From assembly GCF_029504745.1 (NCBI RefSeq), contig NZ_JAQFIQ010000017.1, positions 13,600 to 45,599 of the forward strand: a stretch of 32,000 nt of DNA, given 5' to 3'. The first letter of the stretch is position 1, and each line of letters begins with the position of its first letter. The notes under the pieces were generated by a model. That model ran no database searches, was not told the DNA's origin, and saw only the letters and a list, made by a program, of their open reading frames with translations. The stretch is from Breznakia sp. PF5-3 (GTDB lineage: Bacteria; Bacillota_I; Bacilli_A; Erysipelotrichales; Erysipelotrichaceae). Shown in pieces: positions 20,060 to 27,462 of this stretch. Both the position numbers and the translations under genes were made by a program.

Positions 20060-20829
20060 TGCGAATTTTATTTGTTGGTGATGTTGTCGGAGCTGTTGGT
20101 CGTAAAATGGTTGGTGAACATGTGAGGAGAATCAAAGCTGAACAAGCGATTGATTTGGTGATTGCTAATGGAGAGAATGCAGCTCATGGAAAAGGATTGA
20201 CTTACAAGATTTATAATCAACTCTTAGATTATGGAGTGGATGTGATTACGATGGGTAATCACACATTTTCCAAAGATGTAATTTTGAATTTTATTGATGA
20301 TGCAGAATACTTGGTTCGCCCAATGAATTTAGAACCATTGGAATATGGTCAATATTATAAAGTAGTAGAAGTGAATGGGAAAAAGGTTTGCGTATGTAAT
20401 ATTATGTGTGAGGTATTCATGCACAATGTAAGTGAATCTCCCTTCGCTTGTATGGAGATGATTCTAGAAGATGTAGAAGCAGATATTTATTTTGTTGACT
20501 TACATGGTGAGGCGACAAGCGAGAAAGCAGCATTTGCAAATGTTTTCAAAAACCAAGTACAGGTGATTGTGGGAACCCATACACATGTGCAAACGGCAGA
20601 TGAACGACTGATTGAGCAAACGGCATTTATCAGTGATGTGGGAATGTGCGGTGCTTATGATAGTATTATTGGACGTGATGTTTCTGAAGTTTTGACACGG
20701 TTTCTAACAAGTGAAAAAACCCGATTTACAGTTGCAGAGGGTGATGGAATGTTCTGTGCAGCGGTTATTGAAATTGATGATAACAATCATGCAGTTTCGA
20801 TTGAAAGGATTCAAATACGTCCAAATTGA
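20059..20829 (+). CDS. ymdB: YmdB-family metallophosphoesterase (2',3'-cyclic-nucleotide 2'-phosphodiesterase)
   Basis: 256 aa with motifs ILFVGDVVG, NGENAAHGKG, MGNH and GTHTHVQTAD. TAATG overlap with rny, as in Bacillus. Confidence 0.87.
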   Translation: MRILFVGDVVGAVGRKMVGEHVRRIKAEQAIDLVIANGENAAHGKGLTYKIYNQLLDYGVDVITMGNHTFSKDVILNFIDDAEYLVRPMNLEPLEYGQYYKVVEVNGKKVCVCNIMCEVFMHNVSESPFACMEMILEDVEADIYFVDLHGEATSEKAAFANVFKNQVQVIVGTHTHVQTADERLIEQTAFISDVGMCGAYDSIIGRDVSEVLTRFLTSEKTRFTVAEGDGMFCAAVIEIDDNNHAVSIERIQIRPN

Positions 20830-20832
20830 AGA

Positions 20833-20860
20833 TTGTAATTTATAGTGAAAGTGATATAAT
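20833..20860 (+). promoter_or_regulatory. sigma-A-type promoter of the ferredoxin gene
   Basis: TTGTAA (20833-20838), 16-nt spacer, TGaTATAAT (hexamer 20855-20860). Confidence 0.55.
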
Positions 20861-20886
20861 AAGAATGTCATAAAGGAGGACTTACA

Positions 20887-21060
20887 ATGCCAGTAAAAGT
20901 TAATTTAGATACTTGTATTGGGTGTGGAGCTTGTGTTGGATCTTGTCCGGTTGAAGCTTTGTCAATGAATGATGAAGGTAAAGCGGTTGTTGATGAGGCA
21001 ACATGTATTGATTGTGGAGCATGTTTAGGAACTTGCCCTACAGAAGCTATTACACAATAA
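20887..21060 (+). CDS. clostridial-type 2x[4Fe-4S] ferredoxin (57 aa, not in the ORF track)
   Basis: My translation: MPVKVNLDTCIGCGACVGSCPVEALSMNDEGKAVVDEATCIDCGACLGTCPTEAITQ*. It has two CxxCxxCxxxCP motifs and RBS AAAGGAGGA 6 nt upstream. Confidence 0.85.
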   Translation: MPVKVNLDTCIGCGACVGSCPVEALSMNDEGKAVVDEATCIDCGACLGTCPTEAITQ

Positions 21061-21083
21061 ACCGAGCCTAGCTTGGTTTTTTT
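21059..21083 (+). terminator. intrinsic terminator after the ferredoxin gene
   Basis: AAACCGAGC-(CTA)-GCTTGGTTT (one G-U pair) followed by TTTT. Confidence 0.7.
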
Positions 21084-21103
21084 AATGAAATGAGAGGTTT
21101 TCA

Positions 21104-22543
21104 ATGGAAGCAAAAGATAAATATGTTTTACCAAGTTTAAAACATGCACAAAAAAGAAGTCAAACAAAGAGTAATATTGAAAAGGATTTATTTAAAATTC
21201 CTCATGAAGTGAGAAATTTAGGGATTAATCGAACTTTTTATTTGCGTACATATGGTTGTCAGGCGAATGAACGTGATGGGGAAACCATTGCAGGGATTTT
21301 AGAGCAATTACATTTTACACAAGTAGATACCCCAGAAGCCGCAGATTTGATTATGTTGAATACATGTGCAGTACGAAAAAATGCAGAAGACAAGGTACTT
21401 GGAGAACTAGGGCAATTAAAGCGATTGAAGAATACAAATCCTGATTTACTTTTTGCGATGTGTGGTTGTATGGCTCAGGAAGAAGAAATCGTCTCTTTGA
21501 TTATGAAAAAATATCCCCATGTAGATTTAGTTTTTGGTACTCATAATATCCATCGATTACCTCAATTGCTTTATCAAGCAATGATGAATAAAGAGCGTAC
21601 AATTGAAGTTTTTTCTAAAGAAGGGGAAGTAATAGAAAATTTACCAGTGAAGCGATTTGGTACACATAAAGCATGGGTAAATATTATGTATGGATGTGAT
21701 AAATTCTGTACATATTGTATTGTTCCTTATACTCGTGGAAAAGAACGTTCACGGACTGTTGAAGACATTTTAATAGAAGTACAAGAACTTAAAGAAACGG
21801 GATTTAAGGAAATTACACTATTGGGTCAGAATGTAAACTCATATGGGAAAGATTTACAAATAGATGGTGGGTTTGCGCACTTATTGAAAGAGGTTGCCAA
21901 AACAGGGATTGAAAGAATTCGATTTACAACTTCACATCCATGGGATTTTAGTGATGAGATGGTAGATATGATTGCAAAATACGATAATATTATGCCGTTT
22001 ATTCATCTTCCTGTTCAATCTGGAGATAATGAGATGCTTAAGATTATGGGGCGACGTTATACGATAGAGGATTATAAAGCAACTTTTGATAAATTAAAAA
22101 ACAAGGTTAAAAATTGCGCATTTTCAACTGATATCATTGTAGGGTTTCCAAATGAGAGTGAAGAGCAATTTCAACGTACATTAGATATTGTTGATTATTG
22201 TCAGTTTGATAATGCTTTCACTTTTATTTATTCACCAAGAGAGGGGACACCCGCAGCGAAGATGAAAGATAATGTTAGCTTTGAAGTGAAACAAGATCGT
22301 TTGAATAGATTAATGGAAAAAACAAACAAATATGCGAAGATGCAAAATGATAAGTACGTTGGTAAAGTGTGTAAAGTACTTGTGGATGGGCCAAGTAAAA
22401 AGAATAAGGATATCTATAGTGGATATACGGAACAGAACAAGCTTGTAAACTTTGTAAGAACAACGGATATTACTCCTGGAGAAATTGTGGAAGTGAAAAT
22501 TATGGAAGCGAAAACATGGACATTAAAGGGAGAGCAAATATAG
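21104..22543 (+). CDS. miaB: tRNA-i6A37 methylthiotransferase MiaB (radical SAM)
   Basis: 479 aa with UPF0004 N-domain cysteines (TYGCQANERD...NTCAVR...CGCMAQ), radical-SAM motif CDKFCTYC and a C-terminal TRAM domain. Confidence 0.92.
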   Translation: MEAKDKYVLPSLKHAQKRSQTKSNIEKDLFKIPHEVRNLGINRTFYLRTYGCQANERDGETIAGILEQLHFTQVDTPEAADLIMLNTCAVRKNAEDKVLGELGQLKRLKNTNPDLLFAMCGCMAQEEEIVSLIMKKYPHVDLVFGTHNIHRLPQLLYQAMMNKERTIEVFSKEGEVIENLPVKRFGTHKAWVNIMYGCDKFCTYCIVPYTRGKERSRTVEDILIEVQELKETGFKEITLLGQNVNSYGKDLQIDGGFAHLLKEVAKTGIERIRFTTSHPWDFSDEMVDMIAKYDNIMPFIHLPVQSGDNEMLKIMGRRYTIEDYKATFDKLKNKVKNCAFSTDIIVGFPNESEEQFQRTLDIVDYCQFDNAFTFIYSPREGTPAAKMKDNVSFEVKQDRLNRLMEKTNKYAKMQNDKYVGKVCKVLVDGPSKKNKDIYSGYTEQNKLVNFVRTTDITPGEIVEVKIMEAKTWTLKGEQI

Positions 22544-22617
22544 CGGTAAGAAATAACGGATCATGTATTTAAGAGATGAAGTGAAATTCGTTCAATATTT
22601 ATGAAAAGTGATACAAT

Positions 22618-22641
22618 GAAAGAGTAGGGAACTACTCTTTC
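22618..22641 (+). terminator. probable miaB terminator
   Basis: Perfect 10-bp stem GAAAGAGTAG-(GGAA)-CTACTCTTTC followed by ATTTATATT. Confidence 0.55.
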
Positions 22642-22789
22642 ATTTATATTATTAAGTAAATGTACTGATTTTATTACACTGCAATGATAAAATATATAGT
22701 ATACAAATTCACATAGTATAATTTAAAAATATGAAAAAGTATATATATAAAATATTGAATAAAACTTACTACTACAAGGAGGATATAAA

Positions 22790-23407
22790 ATGCAAAATGA
22801 AGACATTAGAATCAATGGCAATGCCAAGTTGGATGGCGGAAGATATGAAGATATTATTGTAAGTGGAAATGCTAAATTTATGGGCGATGTAGTTTGTCAT
22901 AAGGCATATGTAAGTGGAATGGCAAGGTTTGAGGGCAGTTTAGAGTGTGACAAGCTTGATGTGAGTGGAAATATAAAATGTGAAGGTGATGTAAAATCAA
23001 AAGTGATTTCAATTACTGGAGTGTTTAAAGGTGAGCAAGGGATGATTTATGCTGATAAAATAGAAATCAATGGTATGATGAAAAGTGAAGCCACTATTCA
23101 TGCTAGTAAAGTTGATGTCATTGGTGGTATAAAAGCGAATACTTTACAAAGTGAAGAAGTGTATATTTCTTTAGAGGGGATAGTAAATGGTTTGTTATCT
23201 AGAAGTTTATCATTGAATAAAGTGGAAAATATCGAATGTACAAAAATAGAAGCATCGTATTTAAAATGTAAGATGATTCATGCCAATGAAATTACATTAA
23301 CAAAGAATTCAAAAGTAGATGTTGTAAACTGTGATGGTATTTTAACAGTTGATGCTAGTTGTCAAATCATGCAAATTAATGGTGATTGTCAAATTCGTAG
23401 AATTTAG
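22790..23407 (+). CDS. bactofilin-like / polymer-forming cytoskeletal-family beta-helical repeat protein, cysteine-rich
   Basis: 205 aa. Iterated short hydrophobic/Gly repeats (IRINGNAKLDGGRYEDIIVSGNAKFMGDVVC..VSGMARFEGSLEC..VSGNIKCEGDV..). The N-terminal pattern resembles Bacillota proteins annotated as polymer-forming cytoskeletal. Strong RBS AAGGAGG. Terminators lie on both sides. Confidence 0.5.
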   Translation: MQNEDIRINGNAKLDGGRYEDIIVSGNAKFMGDVVCHKAYVSGMARFEGSLECDKLDVSGNIKCEGDVKSKVISITGVFKGEQGMIYADKIEINGMMKSEATIHASKVDVIGGIKANTLQSEEVYISLEGIVNGLLSRSLSLNKVENIECTKIEASYLKCKMIHANEITLTKNSKVDVVNCDGILTVDASCQIMQINGDCQIRRI

Positions 23408-23433
23408 ATAAGGAAATATCCTTATCTTTTTTT
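23407..23433 (+). terminator. intrinsic terminator after the bactofilin-like gene
   Basis: GATAAGGA-(AATA)-TCCTTATC followed by T7. The stem starts at the stop codon. Confidence 0.72.
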
Positions 23434-23489
23434 GTGCACTTCTAGACTTTGATTGGGAAACAGGATAAAATAGATGTTAGGTGATAAAA

Positions 23490-24299
23490 ATGGGTAAAAA
23501 AATAGGTTTTATCGGTGCTGGGAATATGGGGGGAGCGATTCTTGCGGGTGCTTTAAAAGCGAACGCTTTTGCGGCTTCTGACACCTATGTATACAGCATA
23601 GATGAAGAAAGATTAAAGCATATGGAGAAGGAATATGGAATCCAGGTTTGCAAAAATAATCAAGAAGTATATCAGAAGAGTGATGTTATTATTCTTGCAG
23701 TAAAACCAAATCTTTTTGAAACAATTATTGAAGAACTTCGTGTTAATTATGTAAAGGAAAAAGTTATTGTAAGCATTGCAGCAGGAATAACACTTAAAAA
23801 GTTGGATAATTTCTTCCAAAAAGAAAATGTAAATGCGATTCGAATTATGCCGAATACTCCAGCTTTAGTTAATGAAGGGGCAAGTGGTATTTGTAAGAGT
23901 GAATTTGTAAATGAAGATGATTTTACATTCGTTAAGGATATTTTTTCAGCAATAGGAATTGTAGAAGAAATTGATGAATCACAAATGGATGCAGTTGTTG
24001 CAACAAGTGGTTCGAGTCCTGCATATGCTTTTATGTTTATTGATGCAATCATAAAAGAATCAATGGTGCTGGGATTGTCATACGATGTTGCTAAAAAATT
24101 AGCTGCACAATCGGTTTTAGGTGCTGCCAAAATGGTTTTGGAATCAGAATTAACCCCAGATCAATTAAAGCAAAATGTATGTAGTCCAAATGGAACGACA
24201 ATTGAAGCTGTAGGCGTTTTAGAAACGTTAGGTTTAACAGAGATTGTAGCAAAAGCGATGCAAGCTTGTGCAGAAAAATCTAAACAAATGAGTGAGTAA
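23490..24299 (+). CDS. proC: pyrroline-5-carboxylate reductase
   Basis: NAD(P)-binding motif IGFIGAGNMG and P5CR C-terminal region (...SPNGTTIEA...). ATG 23490 is preferred over the track GTG 23481 because of the TAGGTGA RBS spacing. Confidence 0.9.
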   Translation: MGKKIGFIGAGNMGGAILAGALKANAFAASDTYVYSIDEERLKHMEKEYGIQVCKNNQEVYQKSDVIILAVKPNLFETIIEELRVNYVKEKVIVSIAAGITLKKLDNFFQKENVNAIRIMPNTPALVNEGASGICKSEFVNEDDFTFVKDIFSAIGIVEEIDESQMDAVVATSGSSPAYAFMFIDAIIKESMVLGLSYDVAKKLAAQSVLGAAKMVLESELTPDQLKQNVCSPNGTTIEAVGVLETLGLTEIVAKAMQACAEKSKQMSE

Positions 24300-25167
24300 G
24301 ATGAAAAAATCAGTAAAGATATATTCTAGAAATACATTGTTTGTAATCCTTGGAAGCTTTATATTTAGCTTAGGAATTAGTTTGTTTATTACACCAATTC
24401 ACATTTATAGTGGTGGTGTAATGGGATTTTCACAAATTATGCGTACATTATTGGTGAATGCAGGAAATGTTTTTCCTTTTGAAATTAGTGGATTAATCAA
24501 CTTTGCTATTAACATACCATTGATGTTTATAGCATATCGAAGTATTTCAAAACGATTTTTTTATTTAACTTTTGTAAGTATTCTTGCTCAAACTCTTTTC
24601 TTTACCCTGATGCCAATTCCAAAGAATCCTATCTTAGATGATATGTTGGCTTCTTGTTTAGTTGGTGGAATCATTTCAGGCTTTGGTGTGGGGTTTATTC
24701 TTCGCTCAAGAGGATCTGGAGGAGGTTTGGATATCTTAGGTGTATTTATATCACGTAAGGCGGCTAACTTTAGTGTTGGAAAACTTTCTTTAATTGTTAA
24801 TACATGTTTGTTTACAATGTGTGCTGTATTATTCACTCTAGAGACTGCAATTTATTCTATGATTTATTTGGTTGTATTTACCTTTGTTGTGGATAAGGTC
24901 CATTACCAAAACATTAATATGACAGCAATGATTTTTACAAAACATGAAGAAGTAATGGATTATATTATAAACCATATGCACCGTGGTGTTACCTATTGGG
25001 AAGGCGCTGGAGGGTATACAAAAGAAGGGACTTATATCATGATTACAGCAATCTCTAAATACGAGATTCATCTTTTAAAAAATCGTGTTAAGAAAATCGA
25101 TGCTAATGCCTTTATTATCTTTAGTGAAGGACTTAGTGTTAGTGGCAATTTTGAAAAAAGGCTATAG
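24292..25167 (+). CDS. YitT-family membrane protein with C-terminal DUF2179 domain
   Basis: 291 aa with several TM helices and a soluble C-terminal domain (...GVTYWEGAGGYTKEGTYIMITAISKYEIHLLKNRVKKIDANAFIIFS...). An alternative start at ATG 24301, just after the proC stop, is equally possible. Confidence 0.78.
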   Translation: MSKMKKSVKIYSRNTLFVILGSFIFSLGISLFITPIHIYSGGVMGFSQIMRTLLVNAGNVFPFEISGLINFAINIPLMFIAYRSISKRFFYLTFVSILAQTLFFTLMPIPKNPILDDMLASCLVGGIISGFGVGFILRSRGSGGGLDILGVFISRKAANFSVGKLSLIVNTCLFTMCAVLFTLETAIYSMIYLVVFTFVVDKVHYQNINMTAMIFTKHEEVMDYIINHMHRGVTYWEGAGGYTKEGTYIMITAISKYEIHLLKNRVKKIDANAFIIFSEGLSVSGNFEKRL

Positions 25168-25175
25168 GAGGAACC

Positions 25176-26942
25176 ATGAAAAAAATAGCAAAATTATTAT
25201 TCGTTGTACTACTAGCAGTTACATTAGTAGCTTGTGGTGATGATGGTGGGGTAGCAAGTGAGCCCAACAAAGATTTTGATAAGTTTGTAGACGAACTTCC
25301 AGGGAAGATGTTTGAAGAAACAGATTATGAGTTGAATTTTTTCTTTGAGGATAAAGAAGCAGTTGGATACAAGGATGTAACATATGAATTTTCACTTCCA
25401 TCAAAGAAAAAATATGATAAGGATCTTAAAGACACAAAAGAATTCTATGAAAAAGTAAAAGATTTTAAGCGTAGCTCATTAAGCGAAGATCAACAATTAA
25501 CATATGATGTTTTACTAGATGCATTTGATACAGAATCAGATGTTAGTGATAAGGCAAATTATTACTTAAGTACAAACTACCTTGATTCAGTATATGGAGA
25601 GCCTGGTAATTTACCTTTGAATCTTTATTTTTATAAGTTTAGAACGAAAAATGATATCGATTCATATATTAATTTACTAAAAACAAGTCCAGAATATTTC
25701 GTGGGACTTGCGAAACATGAACAAGAACGTCAAGATAAAGGCTATGGTATGACACCATCACAAATAGAGGCGGTTATTAAGCAATGTGATGATTTTATTA
25801 AAGCGGATCATGCATTTCTAATAGAATCATTCAATGAAAAAATCAATTCTTTTGAAGGTTTAGAAGATGCGAAGAAAAAAGAATATATAGAAACAAATAA
25901 AAAATATGTGAAAGAAGGTATCGTTAAAGCATATAGTGATTTAAAAACAGAATTAGAAAAATTAGATGTTAAGACTAAGAAAGATGAAGGATATGCTTCT
26001 GTTTATAAAGATGGTAAAGAATATTATGAAGAATTGATTTATGCAAATACTGGGTTTGATGATGTAGAAGACTATCGTGAATATTTAGAAGATAAGAGTA
26101 AAGAATTGCTGAAGAAAGCAAGAGAAGCAGTAAATGCTAGTGAAGAAGTATATAACAAAGTATTTGCTGAAAGTGCAGAAAATGGTGTGATTTATACAAA
26201 GGCAACTTCACCACAAGAAACAATTGAACAATTAGAAAATGATATTAAAGAAGATTTCCCAGAAATTAGAAAAGTTGAATATCAAATGGAAATCGTTCCA
26301 AAATCAATGCAAAGTATTTTCAGTGCTGCCGCGGCTTACTTTACAAGTCCAGTGGATTCTTTGGATGCAAAAGAAATGATGGTGTTGAATGGAGAATATA
26401 AGCAAGATGAATTTTTAACAATCGCTCATGAAGGTTTTCCAGGTCATATGTATCAAATTCAATATTACAAAGAATTTGGTGACGCTCCTATGATTCGTCA
26501 ATTGTTAGGATACAGTGGTTATACAGAAGGATATGCTAATTATGTTGAGCAGTATTCCGCAAAATATGCAATTGATGCAGAAGCAGCAGAAGCATATACA
26601 TATTTACAACAATATTCTTATGCTGAAATTTTATTGTTAGATATTCGTATTCATTATGATGGAATAAGTGAAGAAAAAGCGAAAAAGGAATTTAATAAAT
26701 TGTATAGTGGTCAATTATCAGAAGAAGATTTGAAATCAGCTTATGAGCAATTGCTTCATACGCCAGGTATTTTCTCTAAATACTATGGAGCAGGATTTAG
26801 ACTTACAGATTTAAGAGAAAGTATAAAAAGTGAAATGGGTGATGATTATACAGATAAAAAATATCATAAAGCATTGTTAGATGTTGGACCAGCATCTTAT
26901 AAAATTGTAGAAGAATATATTCAAAATCAATTATTAGATTAA
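25176..26942 (+). CDS. DUF885-family lipoprotein
   Basis: 588 aa with a signal peptide and lipobox (LLAVTLVAC) and the DUF885-type motif HEGFPGHMYQ near the C-terminus. Confidence 0.75.
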   Translation: MKKIAKLLFVVLLAVTLVACGDDGGVASEPNKDFDKFVDELPGKMFEETDYELNFFFEDKEAVGYKDVTYEFSLPSKKKYDKDLKDTKEFYEKVKDFKRSSLSEDQQLTYDVLLDAFDTESDVSDKANYYLSTNYLDSVYGEPGNLPLNLYFYKFRTKNDIDSYINLLKTSPEYFVGLAKHEQERQDKGYGMTPSQIEAVIKQCDDFIKADHAFLIESFNEKINSFEGLEDAKKKEYIETNKKYVKEGIVKAYSDLKTELEKLDVKTKKDEGYASVYKDGKEYYEELIYANTGFDDVEDYREYLEDKSKELLKKAREAVNASEEVYNKVFAESAENGVIYTKATSPQETIEQLENDIKEDFPEIRKVEYQMEIVPKSMQSIFSAAAAYFTSPVDSLDAKEMMVLNGEYKQDEFLTIAHEGFPGHMYQIQYYKEFGDAPMIRQLLGYSGYTEGYANYVEQYSAKYAIDAEAAEAYTYLQQYSYAEILLLDIRIHYDGISEEKAKKEFNKLYSGQLSEEDLKSAYEQLLHTPGIFSKYYGAGFRLTDLRESIKSEMGDDYTDKKYHKALLDVGPASYKIVEEYIQNQLLD

Positions 26943-27009
26943 TATACGCTAAAGAAATATAAAATAAACTCAATTAATTAGGTTTAATGATTAAATAATT
27001 AAAGTTACT

Positions 27010-27049
27010 AAGGACTGATTCCTGAATCATACAGGAGTTAGTCCTTTTT
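27010..27049 (+). terminator. intrinsic terminator after the DUF885 gene
   Basis: AAGGACTGATTCCTG-(AATCAT)-ACAGGAGTTAGTCCTT (imperfect stem) followed by TTTTT. Confidence 0.6.
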
Positions 27050-27064
27050 ATGAAAACGCTTGCA
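27050..27064 (+). promoter_or_regulatory. catabolite-responsive element (cre, CcpA site)
   Basis: ATGAAAACGCTTGCA matches every constrained position of the cre consensus WTGNAANCGNWNNCW. It overlaps the -35 hexamer of the PTS promoter. Confidence 0.55.
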
Positions 27065-27087
27065 TTATGTGGAAACTATGGTATATT
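27060..27087 (+). promoter_or_regulatory. sigma-A-type promoter of the PTS operon
   Basis: TTGCAT (27060-27065), 16-nt spacer, TGgTATATT (hexamer 27082-27087). Confidence 0.5.
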
Positions 27088-27100
27088 AGAATTATGAAAT

Positions 27101-27114
27101 GTGGTATATACCAC
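27101..27114. promoter_or_regulatory. perfect 14-bp palindrome, candidate GntR/HutC operator in the PTS 5' UTR
   Basis: GTGGTATATACCAC is its own reverse complement, and its core GTaTAtAC fits the HutC-type GT-N-TA-N-AC pattern. It lies between the -10 and the RBS GAAAGGAGGG. Confidence 0.5.
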
Positions 27115-27131
27115 GAAAGGAGGGAAAATTC

Positions 27132-27434
27132 ATGACAAATATTTTGCTTGTTTGTTCGGCTGGAATGTCTACAAGTGCGCTTGTTAAGAAAATGCAAGAA
27201 GCAGCTGAAGAAAAAGGAATTGAAGCAAATATCTGGGCAGTAGGAGATGCGGAATCTGAAAATCACATTGGAAAAGCAGATGTTATTTGTCTAGGTCCAC
27301 AAGTTCGTTATCTTGAATCTAAGATGAAAGAGCGCGTGAACAATGAAAAACCTGTGATGGTCATTGATATGGCTAGTTACGGTACTATGAATGGAGCTAA
27401 AGTATTAGAAGAAGCACTTTCATTAATTGCTTAG
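27132..27434 (+). CDS. PTS Lac/Cel (lichenan/cellobiose/chitobiose) family EIIB component
   Basis: 100 aa from ATG 27132 (MTNILLVCSAGMSTS..., phospho-Cys motif). RBS AAGGAGGG. The track start at 27099 lies inside the operator/RBS region. Confidence 0.9.
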   Translation: MTNILLVCSAGMSTSALVKKMQEAAEEKGIEANIWAVGDAESENHIGKADVICLGPQVRYLESKMKERVNNEKPVMVIDMASYGTMNGAKVLEEALSLIA

Positions 27435-27462
27435 AAGGGTGAATAGGGAAAAAGGAGAACAT

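Noticed and set aside
20868-21167. 99-aa ORF on the - strand
   Set aside because: It is antisense to a textbook 2x[4Fe-4S] ferredoxin gene with a strong RBS and promoter, and it spans that gene's terminator and the miaB start. It is a shadow ORF.
22590-22641. Promoter-like TTCAAT...TGaTACAAT directly in front of the 22618-22641 hairpin, which could suggest a tiny sRNA
   Set aside because: The spacer is only 15 nt, and the resulting transcript would consist of little more than the hairpin. The hairpin is better explained as the miaB terminator.
26974-27002. Nested A/T-only palindrome TTAATTA-GG-TTTAAT-G-ATTAAA-TAATTAA after the DUF885 gene
   Set aside because: It is composed solely of A/T in an AT-rich intergenic region, so such symmetry is expected by chance and would be thermodynamically weak. 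The real terminator follows at 27010-27049.
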